This document shows positions 29,675 to 39,350 of a stretch of DNA of 64,000 bases, piece by piece. The DNA comes from Candidatus Enterousia sp. GTDB lineage: Bacteria; Pseudomonadota; Alphaproteobacteria; Rs-D84. The number at the start of each line of letters is the position of its first letter. Within the stretch, counting starts at the first letter, position 1. A program made the position numbers and the translations under genes. A model generated the notes under the pieces. The model was given only the letters and a program-made list of their open reading frames with translations, was not told the origin of the DNA and made no database searches. The stretch is taken from assembly GCA_045133095.1 (NCBI GenBank), contig JBGUTP010000004.1:67058-131057 (forward strand), read 5' to 3'.

Positions 29675-30436
29675 CTAGACCATCTTTTCTGTAAAAATCA
29701 CTGCACCATCTTCGGTAATACCAATGGTATGTTCCCATTGCGCAGACAGACCGCCATCAACCGTGCGGGCGGTCCAACCGTCTGGGTCAATCTTGCATTC
29801 CGCAGAACCGGTGTTAATCATAGGTTCAATGGTAAAAACAAGACCAGGCACCATTTTGACTTTATCCCAACGCTTGTCATAAAAATGATAAATTTGTGGG
29901 TCGTCATGCATAACCTTGCCAATGCCATGACCAACAAAATCGCGCGAGATTGAAAAACCGTGTGGTTTTACAACCGCTTCTATCGTTTTACCAATTTCAG
30001 ACAAAGGAACACCTGGGGCGCACACGGAAATAGCCGCATGCAGTGCATCTTGGCACACCTGGACCAGTTTTCGCGCCTGGGGCGATACGTTGCCTATCAT
30101 AAACATACGCGATGCATCGCCATGAAACCCCTTGTATTCCGCGGTAAGGTCAACATTCACAATGTCACCGTCTTTTAAAATAACATCGTCACTGGGGATG
30201 CCGTGAACAATAACGTCGTTCACAGATGTACAAATATGCTTTGGATAACCCTGATAACCCAAATCAGATGAACGCGCACCATTTTCTTTTAAAAATTGGG
30301 CAACAAGGGCGTCAATATACCCAGTGGATACCCCCGCCTTGATATGCGGCGATATAAAATCAAAACAACGCGCAACAATGTCGCCCGCCGCACGTAAACG
30401 CTTGAAATCCTTGGGTGCATAAACAGATGCTAACAT
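29675..30436 (-). CDS. map: Type I methionine aminopeptidase
   Basis: CTSVNDVIVHGIP, GHGIG, FTIEPMIN, SAQWEHT. Confidence 0.97.
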   Translation of the reverse strand: MLASVYAPKDFKRLRAAGDIVARCFDFISPHIKAGVSTGYIDALVAQFLKENGARSSDLGYQGYPKHICTSVNDVIVHGIPSDDVILKDGDIVNVDLTAEYKGFHGDASRMFMIGNVSPQARKLVQVCQDALHAAISVCAPGVPLSEIGKTIEAVVKPHGFSISRDFVGHGIGKVMHDDPQIYHFYDKRWDKVKMVPGLVFTIEPMINTGSAECKIDPDGWTARTVDGGLSAQWEHTIGITEDGAVIFTEKMV

Positions 30437-30437
30437 A

Positions 30438-31430
30438 TTATTTATTCCTTTGTTTAATTGCCAATTTTGCCGCACGAACCGACAACTTTAATGCAAAGTC
30501 ACGAAGTAAAACCTCGGCCGGCATACCTGTTGTGCGTAACTGACGTTCAAGTTCGTTCAGACGATTTAATACAGCCGTGATTTCTGATTCCGGCCAAATT
30601 CTGATTGCCATTTTAAACTTCTCTTCCACTTTCCAGAAAAGACGTGGCAACTGTCCATTTACAACCGCCGTCTGCAGTTTTTTAAAATGCAAGCCCAACA
30701 TGCGAACCAACATATTCGATTCCTTGTTGTCGTACAGCAATCTGTCAAGAGCCATCATGGTTTGCTGAATATGACCGGCGGTCAAAGAATATAAAAAATC
30801 ATCCAGGTCCGCGGCACCAGTGTCCGGCAAACACTTTTCAACATCAGACAATTCAACAATACGCTTGTCATCAACATACAAGGCTATCTTGGTCAAAAAG
30901 CCACGCGTTATCCCACGGTCCCCACCAAGGTGCGACGTCATGTACGCCATGGCATCTGGGGTAATTTGATGAATCCCCGCCGCCGCCGATAATTCAGTAC
31001 GTATCAAATTCGCAAGCGTGCGTGCATCGTCGGTATAACACGCCAATGCCGCAATGTCTTGCGCGCCTTCGAACAAAGAACGAAGCCCGCCACCAGAACG
31101 TAAATCGCCCCCCGCAACAATAACCGTCGCACATAAACCAGAATGGGCAATAAGTTCGGAAACCTGCTTAGCACAGGCATCACCAGCATTTGATATTAAA
31201 ACCATTTTGCGACCGCCAAACATCGATGGTGTACAGGCTTCGGCAAAAAGCGCGTCCTGCTTTTCACGCAGTTCATCAGAATCAAGCGCAAACAAGTTAT
31301 CTTTTTCAATACCCAATTTGCTGATGGCAAGGTCGCAGTATTCATCAACCTGACCCGCGTCGGGACCATAAATTAATACCGCACGAATTTTATCTATGCC
31401 CGCCTTAAAATCAGAATCACGCCACTTCAT
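30438..31430 (-). CDS. holA: DNA polymerase III delta subunit
   Basis: VLIYGPDAG, SMFGGRK, KIALYV; follows lptE. Confidence 0.88.
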   Translation of the reverse strand: MKWRDSDFKAGIDKIRAVLIYGPDAGQVDEYCDLAISKLGIEKDNLFALDSDELREKQDALFAEACTPSMFGGRKMVLISNAGDACAKQVSELIAHSGLCATVIVAGGDLRSGGGLRSLFEGAQDIAALACYTDDARTLANLIRTELSAAAGIHQITPDAMAYMTSHLGGDRGITRGFLTKIALYVDDKRIVELSDVEKCLPDTGAADLDDFLYSLTAGHIQQTMMALDRLLYDNKESNMLVRMLGLHFKKLQTAVVNGQLPRLFWKVEEKFKMAIRIWPESEITAVLNRLNELERQLRTTGMPAEVLLRDFALKLSVRAAKLAIKQRNK

Positions 31431-31915
31431 TATTTCTTACCGTCTGAATTAGAATTTGAATCATGATAGGTTTCCGCAATTGCACGGGTACTTATCTTTT
31501 CCGATAAAACACGAATGGCATTTTGAACCGCGTTATTATAAGAAGCGTTAGACGCAACCAAATAACGAACAAAAGTATAGGATTCCGATGCGCTTTCGGT
31601 GCCAGATGCAATCTTATCTGTTCCACGCGATAACGTATAGGTTGCGGTTAAATAAACCTCTTGCCAGGTGGCGTCACCAGTGCGTTCCAAGGCCTTGTAA
31701 CGAGTAACCGGGTCATTCAATTTTACAACCAAACTGTATTTCGCAGAATCATCGCGCATGCCACCAAACCGCGCCCACAACGCATTGCGTAAATCTATGC
31801 CGTTAATACCACTGATGGGGGCGACGTAAATGTCCGTATCCTGACCAGAAAACATGGGGGTAAAACCACAGCCCGCAAATAATAAGAAAACAAAAGACAA
31901 TAAAATTTTTTTCAT
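31430..31915 (-). CDS. lptE: LPS assembly lipoprotein LptE
   Basis: FAGCGFTPM lipobox; lptE-holA synteny. Confidence 0.8.
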   Translation of the reverse strand: MKKILLSFVFLLFAGCGFTPMFSGQDTDIYVAPISGINGIDLRNALWARFGGMRDDSAKYSLVVKLNDPVTRYKALERTGDATWQEVYLTATYTLSRGTDKIASGTESASESYTFVRYLVASNASYNNAVQNAIRVLSEKISTRAIAETYHDSNSNSDGKK

Positions 31916-31984
31916 GACTACGCCCGATTTCCTGTTGCATTTTATTTCTATATTACCTAGACTTTTTATAAATCGCAAGGGGGA

Positions 31985-33226
31985 ATGATGAATATTTTTA
32001 TCATGATTTTAGTAACACTGTTTATGGCAGGGTTCTTGATGATAGACAGCCCTAATCAGCAAATTGAAAAACACACAACAGAATATGCGGTCAACCAATC
32101 AGATTTAAAAACTATCGCACAGTGTGCAACCGCCGTGCATAACGCACAAATTAACGGAACACAATTCAACGATGTGTGCATAGAACAATTTGGTATAGAA
32201 AGCCAATTTATATGCATGGATGCAAAACATAAAAAAACAAATTGCGAAATAGTAAGAAATAAAAAACCGGCTTTCAGTTTTATTGTGACTTCGACTGCGC
32301 AACTGAACCCAGAACAATATAACCAGGTTATGGAAGTGCTGGAAAAACACTTTGCTGATTCAGGTACGTTTGGACTGTTCCAGGAAGAAAAAATTATGGC
32401 CGGCGGAACGGCAACCAAAAGGTCTGTGCCAAAAACTATCGTTGAAGAGATGGAATTGCAAGACGGTCAACTGGTGTATATGACACAGTATGAAATACCT
32501 GATGCCGGGACACAATTCGCAACCAGCGCAACCGCAGATATAATATGCCCAATAGGATACGCCAAGGCATACAGATTTGGCAGATGGCAATGCGTGCCAT
32601 ATAACGCACAGACTAATTGCGCAGGGGATATGATTTGGGATTCAGACCTGTATGAATGCGTACCAGACGAATCCAGAAAACCACTGTGTGCGGAAAAACA
32701 AACCGCGGTTATGGTGGAAAGTGTATGGGAATGCATTGACCCCTTTCCAGAAAAAAGTTGCCCTGATAAAATGACCGCGCGGTTAAACTATAATACACTG
32801 GAATGGGAATGCGTTATGGACCCAGGCAGTATCACAAATACAAAAAAATGTGACAATGTGAAAAACGGCGCCGTGTATGGTCCGTTGGGAACAACGCTGC
32901 GCGTTCCACAGTCTTCGTGTACAGACTGCGAGGTTATGGTCACAGATTATGAAACATGCAAAACATTCTGCATACCCGATGCGTCAAAAATAAACAACCC
33001 CAGTTGCTATCCAGGGGCGGCGGGGGAATGCAGCGGGGAAAGTCGCGCATTCTATTTCGGATTCCCCAGCAAAACATACATAAAAAATGTCGAGGCAGTT
33101 GCAGGAACCACGGTGCCGCTGGATAAAAAACATTCACAAAACAGAAAATTTAACTGTCTGGATTGTGGCGACGGGGTGATTGACACCGAAAAATCTAAGC
33201 CACCGTACGTCGCAATATGCAAATAA
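31985..33226 (+). CDS. Cysteine-rich exported or membrane-anchored protein
   Basis: N-terminal hydrophobic helix; repeated C-x(n)-W/Y-x-C modules in the C-terminal half. Confidence 0.75.
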   Translation: MMNIFIMILVTLFMAGFLMIDSPNQQIEKHTTEYAVNQSDLKTIAQCATAVHNAQINGTQFNDVCIEQFGIESQFICMDAKHKKTNCEIVRNKKPAFSFIVTSTAQLNPEQYNQVMEVLEKHFADSGTFGLFQEEKIMAGGTATKRSVPKTIVEEMELQDGQLVYMTQYEIPDAGTQFATSATADIICPIGYAKAYRFGRWQCVPYNAQTNCAGDMIWDSDLYECVPDESRKPLCAEKQTAVMVESVWECIDPFPEKSCPDKMTARLNYNTLEWECVMDPGSITNTKKCDNVKNGAVYGPLGTTLRVPQSSCTDCEVMVTDYETCKTFCIPDASKINNPSCYPGAAGECSGESRAFYFGFPSKTYIKNVEAVAGTTVPLDKKHSQNRKFNCLDCGDGVIDTEKSKPPYVAICK

Positions 33227-33259
33227 AAAAATCCCCCTGATAAATTGGGGGATTATGTT

Positions 33260-33826
33260 TTAACGACCGTTTTGTAATTCGTATAATTGTCTGGAAATGG
33301 AATTTAACCGCTGGGTCAAATCGTTGTATTCTGCACGATATTTTTCCAGGTCTGATTCAGATTGGGCATAAGTTGCCGCATCACGTTCCAACCGGTCCAG
33401 ATTGATTTCACACGCAAAGATATAATCATCAATCAAATCCATTTCTGCTTCGATTTGTTTGGATTCAGCCCTAAGTTCACGAATGCGTGGACCATTTATA
33501 ATACCACGATAGGTCACGTTGAACTTGTCCACAAAAGCCAATTGAGATTGCGCAGATTGTCCCGCCTGAATCTTGGCACGAACAGCCGCTGCCTGTTGTT
33601 CATAGTCCGCCAATTCATATTCGGCTTCGCGCGCAGATACCGCATCATAGCGGTTTGCATCGATATACTGTTGCAAGTTACCAATGTGGTCGTACAATGT
33701 TGGTTCTTCCATTTTGGCACGACGTGCAACCTCTATCTGGGTGCGCAAAGCAGTTGCCTTGGAATCCATAACTGATTTCAAGACATGAAATACACCTAAT
33801 GACACTTTTTTATTTTTCATATACAT
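33260..33826 (-). CDS. Coiled-coil hypothetical protein
   Basis: Heptad-rich; own promoter and AGGGG RBS; ends QNGR. Confidence 0.7.
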   Translation of the reverse strand: MYMKNKKVSLGVFHVLKSVMDSKATALRTQIEVARRAKMEEPTLYDHIGNLQQYIDANRYDAVSAREAEYELADYEQQAAAVRAKIQAGQSAQSQLAFVDKFNVTYRGIINGPRIRELRAESKQIEAEMDLIDDYIFACEINLDRLERDAATYAQSESDLEKYRAEYNDLTQRLNSISRQLYELQNGR

Positions 33827-33942
33827 CCCCCTGGACTTATTTCGTATTTTATATAGTACACAAAAAGCATTTTGTCAAGTATTCATTGGTATAATTTAGG
33901 GCAAGGGTTTTGCCCCCCCTGCCCCATAAGTTTTGGTTTGAT

Positions 33943-35529
33943 TTATTCCGCACGTGTAAATGCGCCACCGTCCAACATGTCACGAACGGCGAAATGCTTT
34001 ACTTTTTTGGCAGATGTTGACGGTAATTCTTCTTCGGTAATGGCAAAGTGTTTTACCCACTTGTACTGCGCAATTGCCAAATTAGACTTCTTTAACAACA
34101 TCGCGGTGCGTTCAACGGTCGTGCCAGGTTTTACCTGAAATACAGCAAAAGGAACCGTTTTATCCTTAATCACGTATTCAAAGACCGCCGCATTCAATAT
34201 TTCATCGTTCTGCATGTACAGGTCTTCCAGTTCGTCAGGATAAACATTTTTACCACTGTCCAATACGATTACTTGTTTTTGCCGACCCTTGACCGTCAGA
34301 CGACCGTATTTGTCCAGGCATCCGATGTCACCTGTTTTAAACCAGCCATTTTCAAACGCTTCGGCGTTGGCACTGTCGTTTTCCAGATAGCCCGGCATTA
34401 CCATATTCCCGCGCACCCAGATTTCACCAATGCCGTGTTTGTCAGGGTTATGAATCTGAATCTCGTTCCCCAGCAGTGGACCTGCATAGTACATGGAACC
34501 ATTCGAACGACGAAACGCAAAGTTAAAGTTCGCAGGTCCTGTGGTTTCTGTTAAACCATAGCAGTCGCCAACAACAAAACCCATGCTTTCATAAAATTTA
34601 CGAATAGATGGTTTTAATGTCGCACCCGCAGATACCAAAACCTTGGTATTGCCACCAAAGGCATCATGAACAGGTTTTGTAACCTTGTTCACCAGACCAC
34701 CCAAACCAATTGCACGAAGTATCTTGCGCATAGATACAATTATACGCATCAATGTCCAAACATGTTTTTCGCGCGCACTGTCCACAATCTTTTTATAAAA
34801 GACTTCCCAAATGCGGGGAACGGCGGGGATAACTTCGGGCTTATACTGTTTAAAGTCTTTGATAAATTCTTGGGGTTTTAATACAGGTTGCAATAACAAT
34901 TTGCCCTGAAGTGAAACAGGAACAATTATATTAATTACAACACCATATATGTGATACAGCGGTAAAAATCCGTAAAATGTATAGCCAGGATGAATCACAT
35001 CTTTATAAAATTGCGCACCATCATGCAACGACAACAAATTTTCATGTGTCAAACCTACAACCTTGGGATTACCGGTGGAACCAGATGTAAAGGACAACTG
35101 GGCAATGTCACCACGTTCAGTGTCCGCCATAACAAATTCTGTTTCATCAGTATCGTCAATATTTTCAATATCAAACATTTCACATGGCGCATTATCTATG
35201 AACATTGATTTTTGCGCCAAAACTAATTTGCAGTCTGTGCGTTTCATCATGTTAATGTGTTCAGTGGTGTTTAAACCAGTGTCCAACATTAACGCACGTG
35301 CGCCTTGGGATGTAATGGCAAAGTACGAACGCAAAAAGTCCGGTGTATTACCAGACAAAATCGCAACAGTGTCGCCCTTTTTAATACCAAAACGTTTCGC
35401 CAACAGCACCGCACGCTGCTTTACCTTCTTTAACAAATCTGCATAGGTTTCATTCTGACGCACAAAGAAAATACTGTCTTTGTTGCGAGAACATACATCT
35501 TGCAGCATATCATATATGTTTTTCATCAT
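33943..35529 (-). CDS. Long-chain fatty acid--CoA ligase / AMP-binding protein
   Basis: FTSGSTGNPK, YGLTET, WFKTGDIG, SGKNVYP. Confidence 0.92.
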   Translation of the reverse strand: MMKNIYDMLQDVCSRNKDSIFFVRQNETYADLLKKVKQRAVLLAKRFGIKKGDTVAILSGNTPDFLRSYFAITSQGARALMLDTGLNTTEHINMMKRTDCKLVLAQKSMFIDNAPCEMFDIENIDDTDETEFVMADTERGDIAQLSFTSGSTGNPKVVGLTHENLLSLHDGAQFYKDVIHPGYTFYGFLPLYHIYGVVINIIVPVSLQGKLLLQPVLKPQEFIKDFKQYKPEVIPAVPRIWEVFYKKIVDSAREKHVWTLMRIIVSMRKILRAIGLGGLVNKVTKPVHDAFGGNTKVLVSAGATLKPSIRKFYESMGFVVGDCYGLTETTGPANFNFAFRRSNGSMYYAGPLLGNEIQIHNPDKHGIGEIWVRGNMVMPGYLENDSANAEAFENGWFKTGDIGCLDKYGRLTVKGRQKQVIVLDSGKNVYPDELEDLYMQNDEILNAAVFEYVIKDKTVPFAVFQVKPGTTVERTAMLLKKSNLAIAQYKWVKHFAITEEELPSTSAKKVKHFAVRDMLDGGAFTRAE

Positions 35530-35696
35530 GATAAATACTCTTTACATTTATTGTTAAAACATGCCCCAGATTATTCTGTGACATATAATAGGAATATAAA
35601 CACTTTATACTATAAATACAATATTTTTTACGTCTTGACTTAATACATCACAAGAATATATATAATAGTATAAGCGACAATAACAAAAGGAACAAC

Positions 35697-35882
35697 ATGT
35701 CAAATAGATTGCAGGTCAGAGGTAGAAAAATGGCGCAAAGACAGTTAATTGGCTCTTTGATGACCGTTGGTGTGTGTGCGGTTGCACTGCTGATTGCGTG
35801 CGGAATTAAATCATGCCAGGATAATGCAAAAGCAAAAACACAGCAGGTCAAAATAGAAAACAATATACAGAAAATAAGATAA
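35697..35882 (+). CDS. Small single-TM hypothetical protein
   Basis: AAGGA RBS, TTGACT promoter; ends QKIR. Confidence 0.55.
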   Translation: MSNRLQVRGRKMAQRQLIGSLMTVGVCAVALLIACGIKSCQDNAKAKTQQVKIENNIQKIR

Positions 35883-36163
35883 AAATTTATCATTTATTGA
35901 CAATATAAAGGCATCCAAAATTGGGATGCCTTTTGTCAATATATAGATTACGAATCGGATTTTTTTATCTATATTTTGTATTTTTGATGTAAAAAACGAA
36001 TCATTAAATCTGCTTTTTTTGTCTTTTCTTTGCACAAAAGAATTGTTGGTATAAAAAGACCGATTCTGTTTTCGCGCTGTAATGGGCAGAAAATCCGCTT
36101 TTCTAAAAGTAAAGCGAAAAATAATTTTTTTTTTGCTTTTTATCGGTTGATACCTTTTAGATA

Positions 36164-36212
36164 AAACTATATATTGTTATCAAATCAAACAAACAACCAC
36201 TATATGTTGTGT
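36164..36212 (+). promoter_or_regulatory. Tandem NrdR boxes
   Basis: AAACTATATATTGTTA (36164) and CCACTATATGTTGTGT (36197) match acaCwAtATaTwGtgt, 33 bp apart, upstream of nrdD. Confidence 0.8.
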
Positions 36213-36236
36213 TTTTACAAAATTGGAGTACTAGAT

Positions 36237-38273
36237 ATGTCAGAAACACAAAATGAAATTAAAATTCAGATTACACCAACATTGACCACACGATTGGTTG
36301 CGGTCCAGAAACGCAGCGGCGAAACTGTGCCGTTTGATGCAAAAAAAATATATGATGCAATTAAAAAAGCAGTGGCGGTTACATTGGAAATTTCTGATGT
36401 AGAAGTCGTGAAGGTCACACAAGATGTGCTGAAAAGACTGGATGAAAAGTTCGCAAATAAAACACCAACAGTCGAAGCAATTCAGGATACTGTTATTCAA
36501 ACCTTGATGGATAACAAAGCATATAAAACAGCCGAGGCTTATATTATCTATCGTCAGAAACGCACGGAAATTCGTGAATCTATGGTTGATGCAGTTGATA
36601 TTATCGAAGGGTATGTTGGCGGTTCTAATTGGCGAATCAAAGAAAATGCAAATGTTGGCTATTCCATCGGTGGCCTTATTTTGCGTACCAGCGAACGCGT
36701 GACCGCGGAATATTGGTTGAACCTGTATCCGCGGGCGGTTGCTGAGGCGCATAAGACAGCCGCAATTCATGTGCATGATTTGGGATGGTTGACCGGATAT
36801 TGCGCAGGTTGGTCGTTGCGCGAATTACTGTACGAAGGATTTAATGGGGTTGACGGTTATCTGCAGTGTGAACCAGCACGTCACATGGCGACCGCTATTT
36901 CCCACATGGTGAATTTCTTGGGGACGCTGCAAAATGAATTTGCAGGGGCGCAGGCGTTCTCGTCCGTGGATACTTATTTAGCACCATACGTCAGAATCGA
37001 TAATCTGACATACGCCGATGTCAAAAATGCAATGCAGACATTAATCTTTAACTGCGCGGTACCTTGCCGTTGGGGAACACAGACGCCATTTATTAACTTT
37101 ACATTCGATTGGACCTGCCCAGAAGATTTAAAGAATCAACGTCCGTTTATCGGAAAACAACACGCAGATTTTACGTATGGCGAACTGCAGGCGGAAATGG
37201 ATTTGATTAACAGGGCATTCTTGGAAGTTATGACCGAAGGTGATGCGTTGGGTCGTCCGTTTACATTCCCTATTCCAACGTACAACATCACACCAGATTT
37301 TCCATGGGAACACCCAAATGTAAAGCCTTTGTTTGAATTGGCGGCAAAATACGGTATTCCAAATTTCCAGAATTTCCTGAATTCTGATTTGAATCCAACA
37401 GATGTTCGTTCTATGTGCTGTCGTTTGCGTTTGGATGTGCGCGAATTGTTAAAGCGCGGTGGTGGTCTGTTTGGGTCTGCGGAAAAGACAGGGTCTATTG
37501 GGGTTATTACAATTAACTTGGCGCGTTTGGGATATATCCACCGTGGCAACCGCGAAGGTTTGTTTACGGAATTAAAACGCCTGTTGGATTTAGGACGAGA
37601 TGCATTGGAAATCAAACGTGACATTATTTCAAAAAATATGGAACGTGGATTATATCCGTTTACTAAGCGGTATTTAGGAAACTGGAATCATCACTTTTCA
37701 ACAATCGGTGTGAATGGTGCGAATGAAATGGTTCGTAACTTTACAGGCGACCGCGAAAATATCGCAACACCACTGGGCAAAAAATTGGTTTTGGACGTGA
37801 TGGATTTCATCCGTGAAAACCTTGCCACATTCCAGGAACAAACAGGAAATCTGTATAACCTGGAGGCAACACCAGCCGAAGGATGTTCATATCGCTTTGC
37901 GAAAACAGACGTCAAAAACTTTCCAGATATTATCACAGCGGGAACAAAAGACGCACCATACTATACAAATTCAACACAGTTGCCTGTGAACTTTACCGAT
38001 GACCCGTTTGTCGCACTGGAACACCAGGAAGAATTACAGCGCAAATACACAGGCGGAACAATGTTGCACCTGTATATGGGCGAACCTGTATCAAGCGGAG
38101 ATGCAGCACAGAAAATTGTGCGGACCATTTTTGAAAACTATAAAGTGCCATATATGACGTTGACACCAACATTTTCAATCTGTCCAAAACATGGCTATTT
38201 GCCAGGCAAACATGAATTCTGTCCAAAATGCGATGCAGAAATGGGCGCGAATCAAGATAAACAAGAACAATAA
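36237..38273 (+). CDS. nrdD: Anaerobic (class III) ribonucleoside-triphosphate reductase, large part with ATP cone
   Basis: VQKRSG ATP cone, RSMCCRL, EATPAEG, C-terminal CPKHG...CPKC. Confidence 0.95.
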   Translation: MSETQNEIKIQITPTLTTRLVAVQKRSGETVPFDAKKIYDAIKKAVAVTLEISDVEVVKVTQDVLKRLDEKFANKTPTVEAIQDTVIQTLMDNKAYKTAEAYIIYRQKRTEIRESMVDAVDIIEGYVGGSNWRIKENANVGYSIGGLILRTSERVTAEYWLNLYPRAVAEAHKTAAIHVHDLGWLTGYCAGWSLRELLYEGFNGVDGYLQCEPARHMATAISHMVNFLGTLQNEFAGAQAFSSVDTYLAPYVRIDNLTYADVKNAMQTLIFNCAVPCRWGTQTPFINFTFDWTCPEDLKNQRPFIGKQHADFTYGELQAEMDLINRAFLEVMTEGDALGRPFTFPIPTYNITPDFPWEHPNVKPLFELAAKYGIPNFQNFLNSDLNPTDVRSMCCRLRLDVRELLKRGGGLFGSAEKTGSIGVITINLARLGYIHRGNREGLFTELKRLLDLGRDALEIKRDIISKNMERGLYPFTKRYLGNWNHHFSTIGVNGANEMVRNFTGDRENIATPLGKKLVLDVMDFIRENLATFQEQTGNLYNLEATPAEGCSYRFAKTDVKNFPDIITAGTKDAPYYTNSTQLPVNFTDDPFVALEHQEELQRKYTGGTMLHLYMGEPVSSGDAAQKIVRTIFENYKVPYMTLTPTFSICPKHGYLPGKHEFCPKCDAEMGANQDKQEQ

Positions 38274-38310
38274 TGAAGTCATAAACAAATCAGAAAGGGA
38301 GGAGATAGAT

Positions 38311-38493
38311 ATGACAACAAACTGTAACAGAACACCATGCGAAATCTTTTCACGTTCAATGGGCTTTATCCGTCCTGTAAAGAATTTCAATATTGGTAAA
38401 TATTCTGAATTTTGCGAACGTAAAACTTTTACAGAAGCAAACAGTTTATCAGCCGGCGCACGCCATTGTGATTTGTTGAAACGTGCGGCATAA
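38311..38493 (+). CDS. Stand-alone NrdD C-terminal glycyl-radical domain
   Basis: CEIFSRSMGFIRPVKNFNIGKYSEF; strong GGAGGAG RBS. Confidence 0.85.
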   Translation: MTTNCNRTPCEIFSRSMGFIRPVKNFNIGKYSEFCERKTFTEANSLSAGARHCDLLKRAA

Positions 38494-38495
38494 AA

Positions 38496-39197
38496 ATGCG
38501 TGAAATACAAATTGGGGGGTTGGTATCGTTCACCACAATCGACTATCCGGGGAAACTTGCGTGTGTGCTGTTTTTAGTCGGATGTCCGTTGCGATGTGCG
38601 TATTGTTCCAACCCCCATTTATTATCCCCGGGCGACGGTGAATATGACCCAGAACGTATAATTGAATGGTTGCGTGGGCGTGTTGGAAAACTGGAAGCGG
38701 TCGTGTTTTCTGGGGGCGAAGCACTGATGCAGGGCGATGCCACAATCGAATATATGCGGCGCGTGCGTGATTTAGGATTTAAAATCGGATTGCATACCAA
38801 TGGATTTTATCCGGACACCCTGGCGCGCGCAGCAGATGTTGTTGATTGGATTGGACTGGATTTCAAAGCAACCTGTGATAGGTATCCAGACCTGACCGGG
38901 CAACAGATTGCGTACAATAACATGATTCGCAGTTTGGACGTGTGGCAAAATACAGGCAAAAATTTTGAAGTGCGTATAACCTGTGACCCACGGTTTATCA
39001 GTAAAAATAATCTGGGGGAAATCGCAGATATTTTGGCGGGGCGCGGTGTGCAAAATATCGCAATTCAAAAATATGTTCCGCACTTTGAAGACGAAGATAA
39101 TAAAACAAGTGCCGCAGAACGAAATCAGTTCTTTGATGATGTGGCTTTGCGTGAACAGATTGACAGTATGTTCAAATCGGTCATTTGGCGCGAATAG
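38496..39197 (+). CDS. nrdG: Anaerobic RNR activating radical SAM enzyme
   Basis: DYPG, GCPLRCAYCSN, FSGGE. Confidence 0.92.
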   Translation: MREIQIGGLVSFTTIDYPGKLACVLFLVGCPLRCAYCSNPHLLSPGDGEYDPERIIEWLRGRVGKLEAVVFSGGEALMQGDATIEYMRRVRDLGFKIGLHTNGFYPDTLARAADVVDWIGLDFKATCDRYPDLTGQQIAYNNMIRSLDVWQNTGKNFEVRITCDPRFISKNNLGEIADILAGRGVQNIAIQKYVPHFEDEDNKTSAAERNQFFDDVALREQIDSMFKSVIWRE

Positions 39198-39226
39198 ATA
39201 ATTTTTTACACAGTGGCTAGTTAATA

Positions 39227-39319
39227 ATGCAGGAGTTAGACCAGCGGTTATTTGATGCGGTATATGATAACGATATAGATATGGTAAAAAAGTATATCGC
39301 AGATGGAGCGGTGGAATAA
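39227..39319 (+). pseudogene. Truncated ankyrin-repeat-like fragment
   Basis: MQELDQRLFDAVYDNDIDMVKKYIADGAVE-stop. Confidence 0.4.
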
Positions 39320-39350
39320 AAAGAAAAACGGTGTCAGATGACACCGTTTT

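Noticed and set aside
38191-38310. Programmed frameshift joining nrdD to the small ORF
   Set aside because: The small ORF has its own strong RBS and ATG at 38311, and no clear slippery site is seen.
39200-39350. Distal att repeat of tRNA-Ser bounding the Druantia island
   Set aside because: Only a weak ATGGAGCGG resemblance; not supportable.
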